Below are positions 8,040 to 15,106 of a stretch of 24,853 bases of DNA, piece after piece; position 1 is the first letter of the stretch; every line of letters begins with the position of its first letter. This DNA comes from a virus (taxonomy: Duplodnaviria > Caudoviricetes). Both the position numbers and the translations under genes were made by a program. The DNA lies in IMG/VR virus record IMGVR_UViG_3300042260_000489, positions 1-24,853 of that record. One strand, 5' to 3'. Under the pieces are notes generated by a model. That model was not told the origin of the DNA and searched no databases. It saw only the letters and a program-made list of their open reading frames with translations.

Positions 8040-8675
8040 TTATTTCCAAATTACCATTTTGAATCGTTCTTTTGGTACTCCAAAATAGTTGCACTTCCAG
8101 TCACTTTGTGCAAAGAATTCTAAATGGTGCCATTTATCTTTGTATTTAATCAAATCTTTGGCAGCAGAGTTCCAATCGATATTTTTGAGTACGGGTTCTA
8201 TTTCTTTTTTAATTATAGAAATTTCATCGTAGTTAAAGCTATCCCATTCCCAGTGTAATATTTCAAATGAATTACCCTGTTGATCTACGTAATCCATGCT
8301 AAAATCCAGTCCCCATTTTGCTCGTATGGCAATAACCTTGTATACTAGTGGAAGTTTTTTAGCCCAGTGCTGTAATTGTTCTAATGCTGGTCCAGCATAG
8401 GCTTTGCGCTCAAATAAATTACTGTGATTCAGTACAGCGCCTTCTAGTTTAACTTCTTCAGTGAACCAATCATGTTTAATTGCATGCCTATGACCACGTT
8501 GATTTTTAGGCTTAACATAATTACCATAAGCATAGTGACGTTCCAGTTGTGTGAGATCATAGCCATTTTGATCAAACAATTCTAAGTCTTCGTAGGTGGG
8601 TTCATAGAGTAATTTGGCTATTGGGTTTCGCCAGTAGCCATCTGGATTAAACTCACTGTCAGTTAAAGTTAACAT
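8040..8675 (-). CDS. Hypothetical phage protein
   Basis: 211-aa ORF with 1-nt spacing to both neighbours and no motif I recognise. Confidence 0.75.
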   Translation of the reverse strand: MLTLTDSEFNPDGYWRNPIAKLLYEPTYEDLELFDQNGYDLTQLERHYAYGNYVKPKNQRGHRHAIKHDWFTEEVKLEGAVLNHSNLFERKAYAGPALEQLQHWAKKLPLVYKVIAIRAKWGLDFSMDYVDQQGNSFEILHWEWDSFNYDEISIIKKEIEPVLKNIDWNSAAKDLIKYKDKWHHLEFFAQSDWKCNYFGVPKERFKMVIWK

Positions 8676-8676
8676 T

Positions 8677-9075
8677 TTATTTTATAATAGGACCGCCGGT
8701 GATCCATAATTCACAACTACGGCTTCCGGCACATTTAAAATGTAGTAAGTTACAATAGCCTAAGTCTGCGGCTTCTCTAGTCTTTTCTTCCTGATATGCT
8801 TGTTTGCCCATGCCATCGTGTATACATTTGTACATAGCATCGGTGATATTAAAAGCCGCACAATTAGCGCATTGCATTGTCTTAGCAGTTTTTTCATCGA
8901 TGTTCCATTGCTTGGCTGCAACTTTCCAATAATCTCCGGGCTTGTCTGGATTAGCAGGACCATAGTGATGATTGTCTATACCTACTTGTCGATTCTTGAC
9001 ATTGACTTCTAAATCGTGAGTAGCAATAGGACAGCCTTTGCCAGCCGCTTCTACAATCGTAATATATTTTCTCAT
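8677..9075 (-). CDS. Cys-rich protein with a HiPIP-like cysteine pattern (probable metal or Fe-S binding)
   Basis: CANCAAF...GYC..LHFKCAGSRSCELW. I placed the start at ATG 9075 because of the TAATG overlap, rather than at 9081. Confidence 0.6.
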   Translation of the reverse strand: MRKYITIVEAAGKGCPIATHDLEVNVKNRQVGIDNHHYGPANPDKPGDYWKVAAKQWNIDEKTAKTMQCANCAAFNITDAMYKCIHDGMGKQAYQEEKTREAADLGYCNLLHFKCAGSRSCELWITGGPIIK

Positions 9076-9473
9076 TACCACTTACGGCAACTCCAGTAAC
9101 GTGCTTTTGTTCTTGGACCTGGATTAGCACAGTTGTGACGTGCTCTAAAACTTTTACGTCTTGCAGGATTACTTTTCTTAATACGCATATTAGGATCGCC
9201 AAAGTTTACTTTAACAGTTTTACCTGTTTTAGGATTTCTAACATAGACTTTAAACTTCTTAACGTCACCCTGCATGGGCTTACCTAGTTTAACTGTGCGT
9301 CCTTGATATTCTGCTTCTAATAATGTCATACCTAGATCATTGTCAGTTTCGCAGATGTAATCACCTTGATCTATTCCAGCTATAACTGTTTCTACCAACT
9401 CGTCGCCGATTTCTACTTCAAGTATATCACCAACTTCTGGAACATCAGTGTCAATAATTTCATCTAATCTCAT
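9075..9473 (-). CDS. Phage protein with an acidic N-terminal half and a basic C-terminal domain (RRKSFRARHNC...YWSC), possibly nucleic-acid binding and virion-associated
   Basis: Sharp acidic-to-basic switch at LLE|AEY, His/Cys motif, and TAATG coupling. Confidence 0.7.
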   Translation of the reverse strand: MRLDEIIDTDVPEVGDILEVEIGDELVETVIAGIDQGDYICETDNDLGMTLLEAEYQGRTVKLGKPMQGDVKKFKVYVRNPKTGKTVKVNFGDPNMRIKKSNPARRKSFRARHNCANPGPRTKARYWSCRKW

Positions 9474-10825
9474 TATTCGCCCTTTGTCGTTAACATAAAT
9501 TTTTTGCCCTGATTAAAAGGCTTTTGCATCATTGTAACTGCGGCTTTATTAGCCGCCGCCTTACCCACAAATGTATATGGTTGGCCTTCTTTGTTCTTCA
9601 ATAATTTACCGTCAATAGTAATATACCAAGTACCGCTGGCTGCTATGCGTTCGTTTCTACGGTCGATTTCGTGATGCTCGTCGTCTTCGCGTTCTCTGCG
9701 TCCCCAATTAGCTTCACCGCCATAGTCACCTTGGTAGTCTGGCATATTGCTGTCCCAGCTTGCTCTACCCGTTGCACGACCAAAACCTGCTTCGTTCATA
9801 GCATTCCAATCTTCGTGGCCAATGTAAAAATCAGTTTCAGGATCGTAGTACTTGCCTTCTTGGGGATCGTAATAAACAACTTTACCACTGCGAGTACTAA
9901 ATGGGCCTTCTAAACCTGGTCGTTCTTGATAGCGTTCGCGATCAATGCCGCGAGTTACGGTATAGCCTTCCGCCACACCTTGCAGTTCTTTTTGCGTAGC
10001 TCCTGCTTTTCTAGCAGCCTCGGCATCTTTGGGATCTTTGGTTTTGTGATATCGTGCTGTCAACTCTTTGCGTGTGCCACCTTGACTTGGAGGATTGTAG
10101 TCCGTGACTCCGGTGCCTTCCGCCACACCCTCTGGTAAGTTGGGAGCAGGATGACGACCTAATCTATCAGCAACTTTAGCCTTCATTACTTTAGCATCTT
10201 GACCATGCATCTTACCAGCTTTAGTAGTTCTAAAATCCCCGCCGGGTTGACTTGGGCGACCCAAGTTGCTACTGCGAGAGTCTCGGCCAAACGGCTTGTC
10301 ATCTCTACCCCAGTAACTTACTTCACCGGCTTTTTGTAAATGTGCAGAACCCTTGGGACCGAAACGCTTGGCAACATACTGCTCGATAGCATCGTATTCT
10401 TCATCTTCTTCTGGGTTAGTTTCACCTGCGTGACCTTGATAGACCAATTGAGTATAACGATTGATTATCTGTTTAAAACTTGGGTTAGAAGATAAATCAA
10501 TCGGCTGCATTCCATCGTCGTTTAAATCGTAATAGCCTTCCGCCACACCTTGTTCACGACCGTCTCTAAAAGCAGTCATTAAAAATTCTTTGGCGTCTGC
10601 CCAGTTCTTTACATTAAGAACATGTGGTTCATAGCCTGCACGTTTTTCACGTCCCACAGCGTTTAACGCAATGTCCAGTAACGTTGTTTGTAGAAATTCC
10701 AGAGCCTGAGCGCCCTTAATGCCTTGTGCATGCATTTTCTTTTCAATGCCTTTGAGAGCCATATAAGTTCTCATATTGTCATCTGTTTTTATCTGTGGCG
10801 CTTCTTCTATTTGGTGAAATCTCAT
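9473..10825 (-). CDS. Modular hydrophilic protein with three GVAEG junctions (putative virion internal polyprotein)
   Basis: 450 aa containing EQGVAEG, PEGVAEG and LQGVAEG. A late promoter and AAGGA RBS lie upstream. Confidence 0.8.
   Translation of the reverse strand: MRFHQIEEAPQIKTDDNMRTYMALKGIEKKMHAQGIKGAQALEFLQTTLLDIALNAVGREKRAGYEPHVLNVKNWADAKEFLMTAFRDGREQGVAEGYYDLNDDGMQPIDLSSNPSFKQIINRYTQLVYQGHAGETNPEEDEEYDAIEQYVAKRFGPKGSAHLQKAGEVSYWGRDDKPFGRDSRSSNLGRPSQPGGDFRTTKAGKMHGQDAKVMKAKVADRLGRHPAPNLPEGVAEGTGVTDYNPPSQGGTRKELTARYHKTKDPKDAEAARKAGATQKELQGVAEGYTVTRGIDRERYQERPGLEGPFSTRSGKVVYYDPQEGKYYDPETDFYIGHEDWNAMNEAGFGRATGRASWDSNMPDYQGDYGGEANWGRREREDDEHHEIDRRNERIAASGTWYITIDGKLLKNKEGQPYTFVGKAAANKAAVTMMQKPFNQGKKFMLTTKGE
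9965..9982 (-). repeat. CAAGGTGTGGCGGAAGGC repeat copy 3
   Basis: Exact 18-mer. Identity with the 10535 copy extends to 21 nt (9962-9982 vs 10532-10552). Confidence 0.95.
10115..10129 (-). repeat. GGTGTGGCGGAAGGC repeat copy 4
   Basis: Plus strand gccttccgccacacc, an exact 15-mer, in frame. Confidence 0.95.
10535..10552 (-). repeat. CAAGGTGTGGCGGAAGGC repeat copy 5
   Basis: Exact 18-mer, in frame. Confidence 0.95.
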
Positions 10826-10831
10826 GGTGGA

Positions 10832-10865
10832 AAATCCTTGCTAATATGTTATTTAGCAAGGATTT
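10832..10865 (-). promoter_or_regulatory. 13-bp perfect inverted repeat containing a late promoter (TAAATA, 10850-10855) and the downstream RBS
   Basis: aaatccttgctaa (10832-10844) and ttagcaaggattt (10853-10865) with an 8-nt loop. Confidence 0.75.
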
Positions 10866-10883
10866 ATTAGAAATAAAATTTAA

Positions 10884-11159
10884 TTATTTCTTGGCAGTTG
10901 TAGTCTGATAAGCCTTCATTACGCCTTCGCCAAACTTGGCGTAGTCGAATTTAGTAGCGTTTTGATACGCCTTGACGGTTTCACTGGCCAGTGTGCTAAC
11001 AGTATCTTGACCGACTTTAACAGCTTTCTTTGTATATTCTGCCTGCGCATCAACAAAGTTGACTAGGGCTTCTTTTACGGTTTCGTTGGTAACGAATGTG
11101 TTGACAAAAGTTTTTTTGCCAGTTTGTACTGTATCGATAATTGCATCTGCTGTAAACAT
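10884..11159 (-). CDS. Small amphipathic helical protein, phasin-like
   Basis: 91 aa, rich in Ala/Thr/Lys/Val with a helical pattern. It has a strong AGGAGA RBS and its own sigma70 promoter. The phasin call is a resemblance only. Confidence 0.55.
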   Translation of the reverse strand: MFTADAIIDTVQTGKKTFVNTFVTNETVKEALVNFVDAQAEYTKKAVKVGQDTVSTLASETVKAYQNATKFDYAKFGEGVMKAYQTTTAKK

Positions 11160-11218
11160 GTAGTTCTCCTTAATTAAGCAAGATAATAATATAGCTCTGT
11201 CTTAGACGCTATGTGTTT

Positions 11219-11247
11219 ATTATACAATTACTTATCGGTAAAGTCAA
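11219..11247 (-). promoter_or_regulatory. Sigma70-type promoter TTGACT-N17-TATAAT
   Basis: -35 at 11242-11247 and -10 at 11219-11224 with a 17-nt spacer. A late-like TAAGTA lies within the spacer. Confidence 0.8.
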
Positions 11248-11249
11248 GA

Positions 11250-11277
11250 AAAAATGTGCGGTCGCAGCATTTTTTTC
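11250..11277. promoter_or_regulatory. Imperfect palindrome AAAAATGTGCGGTCGCAGCATTTTT: operator or bidirectional terminator
   Basis: TGCG/CGCA core with A/T-tract flanks, between the RimK-like stop and the -35 of the next promoter. Confidence 0.5.
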
Positions 11278-11290
11278 TAGTGTTTGGTCA

Positions 11291-12193
11291 CTAATTTATC
11301 AGCCCTTTAATAATTTCTGGATAGATATTTAAATCAGAGTGCATCAAATCAAAACCCTTGAGCATGGGAACGGTGTTGATTTCTCCAACCAAAAAGCCAT
11401 GTTTACCCATTAAAAAATCAATGCCCGCATAATTCAATCTAAATAATTTACAGATGTTCAAACTCATTTCAGATAAGGTATTAGTTAGTTCAAATGGTTT
11501 TCTGTCATAGCTACCACTGGTAGTGTTTGCTTTCCAGTGACAGTGTGACAGTTTTAGATATGAGCCTAGACATTTGTTGTTTAATACAATTACTCTAACC
11601 GTTTGTCCCTGTGATTCTTTGATATATTCTTGAATTAAAAGTTTAGCAGTAGTGTCGTTGTTTGCGGTTCTAAGTGAACAGATGTTTAACAAGGAAAATG
11701 TATCCTCGAACTCCTGTTGGGTATTGATCTTGATTACACCTCTGCCCAGTGACGAGTTTGTAATTTTGAGCACACAGGGCCAACCCATGTCATCGTTAAT
11801 ACGTTTAATTAATGCACCTTTGTCATCTAAGAATAAAGGATTAATGTGCAGTGTTTTTGGAACTGGGAACCCTGAATTTTTTAATTCAATGTATGACAAC
11901 ATTTTATCATCTGCAATAATTGAATTATAAATCGGATTTAACACACCTACACCGCGTAGCTCTAAATCACGTAGATATTGCTGATGACTAAACGTTGTCA
12001 TCTGTGACATATTAAAAACTGCTCGTGGTAGATCTTCGTCAAGTGGTGTTATAAGTTGTTGCCCACCCAACTTAACTATGTTAAAACCTAAATCAGTGGC
12101 AGCTCTAGTCAATCTTTGTATTTCATAGTCTGAATGAATTGCCGAAACACTGGGATGAGAGTTAAATGTAAGAACTATTTGATCTTTTTTCAT
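11291..12193 (-). CDS. RimK-like ATP-grasp ligase
   Basis: DDK, PVPKT, PCVLK..SSLGRGV, IQEYI, YAGIDF and GEINTVP motifs. Confidence 0.9.
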   Translation of the reverse strand: MKKDQIVLTFNSHPSVSAIHSDYEIQRLTRAATDLGFNIVKLGGQQLITPLDEDLPRAVFNMSQMTTFSHQQYLRDLELRGVGVLNPIYNSIIADDKMLSYIELKNSGFPVPKTLHINPLFLDDKGALIKRINDDMGWPCVLKITNSSLGRGVIKINTQQEFEDTFSLLNICSLRTANNDTTAKLLIQEYIKESQGQTVRVIVLNNKCLGSYLKLSHCHWKANTTSGSYDRKPFELTNTLSEMSLNICKLFRLNYAGIDFLMGKHGFLVGEINTVPMLKGFDLMHSDLNIYPEIIKGLIN

Positions 12194-12582
12194 GAATGTA
12201 AAGTAATCAAAATTTGCTTGACTGCGTCAGCAGATAATTCTGCTACTTCACCACGAATTGTACGACATACACTGCTGAACCAAAATCTAGCTTGTTGATC
12301 CAAGTCGCGTTCTTCGTCGAGAATAGAACCCACAAAAAAATCACTGTGTTCAATGGGTTCAAATCTGCGATAATATTTCATAAAAGCACATACCTTGACA
12401 TTGTCACCCACAGGTACGTGATTATAAACTTTTAATAGTGCAATAACGGCAGTGGATCTATCCATGACTTTACCGTTCCAAGCAAATACGTCATCAAATA
12501 TCGGTGCCGGCCTCCCACTGAGTTTACTAAGCAGTACTGCTTGCCCTAGCTCAGTATCCAAGAGACTCTGCGTCAAATTCAT
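12190..12582 (-). CDS. Hypothetical protein
   Basis: I moved the start to ATG 12582 (MNLTQSLL), which is preceded by a GAGGA RBS. The stop overlaps the RimK-like start. Confidence 0.65.
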   Translation of the reverse strand: MNLTQSLLDTELGQAVLLSKLSGRPAPIFDDVFAWNGKVMDRSTAVIALLKVYNHVPVGDNVKVCAFMKYYRRFEPIEHSDFFVGSILDEERDLDQQARFWFSSVCRTIRGEVAELSADAVKQILITLHS

Positions 12583-13177
12583 AGTTGATGTCCTCATTAT
12601 TGATGATATCCAAAAATGCTTGATTGGGCATGGTATAGCCATAGCCCACATATTTGGCGTAACGAGCCAAAAAACCTCGATGATCCAAGCGATTTACGCG
12701 AAGTTTAAATGACCTAGCATCTTCAATGCCTGGACCTTGAATATTAAGATCTTTGTCTACTGCAACTTGGCAACAGGTAAAATCAAATTGTTTGAAAACT
12801 TCATCTAAACTGTTGTAATAATTTCTACGAATTAATTGAACTTTGTGGTCGCCGATTTGATAAGTTTTTGCATTATCACTGGAAAATGTTTCATACATTG
12901 AATTTCCAAAATTATTATTCAATCTAATCATACACTGTTCATAACTTGTGGCACCGCTGAACCACACATCAATGTCAGAAAATTTAGTGTTGGTTGGATC
13001 CACGGCAAGCTGGCGGCCCATACCACCGGCTACCCAGGGACCTTGTTCCGGTGTACTGTCTTTGTAGATAACCTCCATGATGTTTGGGATCGTAGATCTA
13101 AGAAATACTCGTTTCTCAATGGCATCTAAGGTGGCATGCCAGGGATCAGTAAAAACTTCAGTTAGATTTTTGAACAT
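12551..13177 (-). CDS. Nucleotidyltransferase resembling the CCA-adding enzyme/poly(A) polymerase head domain
   Basis: WVAGG, SDIDVWF and FDFTCCQ motifs. I moved the start to ATG 13177 because another gene occupies 13158-13304. Confidence 0.75.
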   Translation of the reverse strand: MFKNLTEVFTDPWHATLDAIEKRVFLRSTIPNIMEVIYKDSTPEQGPWVAGGMGRQLAVDPTNTKFSDIDVWFSGATSYEQCMIRLNNNFGNSMYETFSSDNAKTYQIGDHKVQLIRRNYYNSLDEVFKQFDFTCCQVAVDKDLNIQGPGIEDARSFKLRVNRLDHRGFLARYAKYVGYGYTMPNQAFLDIINNEDINYEFDAESLGY

Positions 13178-13304
13178 TTTGTTGAACCAGTTTATAGAGT
13201 TTGTAGTAATAAGCGAACTGTCGAGGATAATGTTCGAAGTTGGGTAATTCACCAAACTCCAGCTCCATGGCTTTATATAAGTCTAGTATTTCCTGTTCAG
13301 TCAT
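13158..13304 (-). CDS. Small hypothetical protein (48 aa), below the ORF-track cutoff
   Basis: Translates as MTEQEILDLYKAMELEFGELPNFEHYPRQFAYYYKLYKLVQQNVQKSN and overlaps both neighbours by a few nt. Confidence 0.65.
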   Translation of the reverse strand: MTEQEILDLYKAMELEFGELPNFEHYPRQFAYYYKLYKLVQQNVQKSN

Positions 13305-14313
13305 TTAATAGTTCACGTAGCTTAAAGCTGGCAAGATTCTTACCTTTGCTTTCGCACATGATATCTGCCCATGTGCTGTGTGTAATAGCCCAAGTATTTA
13401 CTGCATCATTCCAGTAGAAGTCTGAATGTGCTCTGAGCTTACCTTTCTTATGGCCACTTTCCATTAACGGACCAAGAGCGGGACGCTCAGATCCGGTATG
13501 GCCGACAAGTACATCTTCACGGCTGACGGAATAGTGAATAACAGGACGAACGCCACGCCAACTATCACTAATCTTTTTAATACGATCATCAGTATTTTCA
13601 ATATATTCTCCAGTTTTAATCCAATGGTGATGGATATCTAGGACTAAGGCACAAGTATCCACCAATTCTAAACTATGTTCAATGCCCCAAGAAATCTCAT
13701 CGTTCTCGATAGTCAGCATGTTACGTGCTTCGGGACTAAGACGCTTCATAACATCCTTAATACCCTGTGGACCACGGCGGCCTGCAATATGCACATTAAT
13801 CTTAAAGTCTTGAAACGTCTGACCATAGCCCATATAGCGAGCCATGTCTGTGTGATATTCAAATTCTTCTATACTGCGCTGAACAATGTCGTCACTTTCG
13901 CTAGCCAAGACACAAAACTGTCCAGGATGAAAACTAAGACGTACACCGCGAGATCTAGCATGGTCACCAATACTAGAAAAAACTCTACTGCAATATTCTT
14001 TAACATCTGGACGCTGCCAGAAGTAACTCCATTTGGGTTCAGTATAAGCAGGCAGCAGATCACTGCTAATACGTACCATCCTGAGGCTTTCATCGAGTTC
14101 GCCGACTTTCTCGATAAGTTTACGTGTAGCTTCTAGGTTTTGAACCATTAAGTCCCATAGTTTCTGTTCAGCTACAGTTTGACTTTGGCGGTTAAGCCAA
14201 GTAATAGTGGTCGTGCCTGTGTTGTATTGTTTACAATCATCTTTGGGTTTGATACCATCTAGTTGGTGGGGGTAATCAATCCATTTGCAAGCAAAGCCAA
14301 TTCGTTTAGTCAT
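13297..14313 (-). CDS. uvsE: UV-damage endonuclease (UVDE)
   Basis: RIGFAC, RISSD, RLSFHPGQF, IENDE, LDIHHH, RAHSD and MCESKGK motifs. Confidence 0.93.
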   Translation of the reverse strand: MTKRIGFACKWIDYPHQLDGIKPKDDCKQYNTGTTTITWLNRQSQTVAEQKLWDLMVQNLEATRKLIEKVGELDESLRMVRISSDLLPAYTEPKWSYFWQRPDVKEYCSRVFSSIGDHARSRGVRLSFHPGQFCVLASESDDIVQRSIEEFEYHTDMARYMGYGQTFQDFKINVHIAGRRGPQGIKDVMKRLSPEARNMLTIENDEISWGIEHSLELVDTCALVLDIHHHWIKTGEYIENTDDRIKKISDSWRGVRPVIHYSVSREDVLVGHTGSERPALGPLMESGHKKGKLRAHSDFYWNDAVNTWAITHSTWADIMCESKGKNLASFKLRELLND

Positions 14314-14318
14314 AGTGT

Positions 14319-14347
14319 ATTATATAATATAAATGATTAATAGTCAA
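14319..14347 (-). promoter_or_regulatory. Sigma70 promoter TTGACT-N17-TATAAT, probably leaderless (uvsE)
   Basis: Only 5 nt separate the -10 box from the ATG, and there is no SD. Confidence 0.8.
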
Positions 14348-14711
14348 TGTTAGTTTTATATACAATCCAATGACCCTCGCAGTAATTTTTATCGGAATCA
14401 AATATTTGCCAAGTCAATTTAATCAATGGTGTGTTTTTTCTTGGTTTATAACCAAATTTAACTGTTACTTGTTTATTAGCCGGTAATTTGTTTCTAAATT
14501 TGGCATCTAGCATCATACTCACACTGTGCGCACCAAAAAATATACCGGCACTATTAAATGTTTGCTTGGCTAGTTTTGGTAATAACCCTATTATAAATCC
14601 GCCCTGTACTATACCATCTTCAGAATGAACTGGTCCGTTGTCACCGGACAACTCTCCAAAAGCATTTATTTGCTTCTGTGTAACAATTAGAGTCGTGGTA
14701 AGATAGTTCAT
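14337..14711 (-). CDS. MaoC/PhaJ-like hotdog-fold dehydratase
   Basis: TQKQINAFGELSGDNGPVH...IVQG matches the hydratase-2 motif (SGDxNPxH-like). Confidence 0.75.
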   Translation of the reverse strand: MNYLTTTLIVTQKQINAFGELSGDNGPVHSEDGIVQGGFIIGLLPKLAKQTFNSAGIFFGAHSVSMMLDAKFRNKLPANKQVTVKFGYKPRKNTPLIKLTWQIFDSDKNYCEGHWIVYKTNIDY

Positions 14712-14717
14712 TTAACT

Positions 14718-14746
14718 ATTATAAATGAAAAATCATTAATTGTCAA
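14718..14746 (-). promoter_or_regulatory. Perfect sigma70 promoter TTGACA-N17-TATAAT, probably leaderless
   Basis: Only 6 nt separate the -10 box from the ATG, and there is no SD. Confidence 0.85.
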
Positions 14747-15096
14747 GCTATTTTAGTTAATTGTTCAAGGGTTACAGTGTTTAATAACTGCTGTTCAGAC
14801 ACAGAGTCCATGCTACTTTCGCAGTCAAAATCATCTTCGGGGAATATTTCTTCTAGACCGGCAAGGATTTGATCTCCTTGCTCTGCGTCTATACTAGCGG
14901 CAAGCCTAACATCGTAACAATGCGGATTGCCATCACCTTCGCTGTCGTCTAAATGATAGACCATAACAGTATCGTCATTGTCAGGCTCAACATCTGCAAT
15001 GTCGTCGACTACTAATAGATATGATTTGGCTTCTTCACTGGTAAGAGTTCTGTTCAAGCATAGTCTAAAGTAATGGTCGAATTCGTCTATGATCAT
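14743..15096 (-). CDS. Highly acidic hypothetical protein
   Basis: 117 aa, D/E rich, with TAAGTA (15104-15109) just upstream. Confidence 0.7.
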   Translation of the reverse strand: MIIDEFDHYFRLCLNRTLTSEEAKSYLLVVDDIADVEPDNDDTVMVYHLDDSEGDGNPHCYDVRLAASIDAEQGDQILAGLEEIFPEDDFDCESSMDSVSEQQLLNTVTLEQLTKIA

Positions 15097-15106
15097 AATA
15101 AGTTAC

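Noticed and set aside
9965-10552. GVAEG repeats as a CRISPR array
   Set aside because: The repeats are only 13-21 nt, spacing is irregular and long (150 and 420 nt), they lie in frame within a CDS, and no cas genes are present.
12583-13255. Extended starts at 12651 and 13255 given in the ORF track
   Set aside because: These starts create long overlaps with other genes. The RBS and gene packing support 12582 and 13177 instead.
14722-14740. Fur-box-like AATGAAAAATCATT in a promoter spacer
   Set aside because: The spacing is one base off the Fur consensus and the region is very AT-rich.
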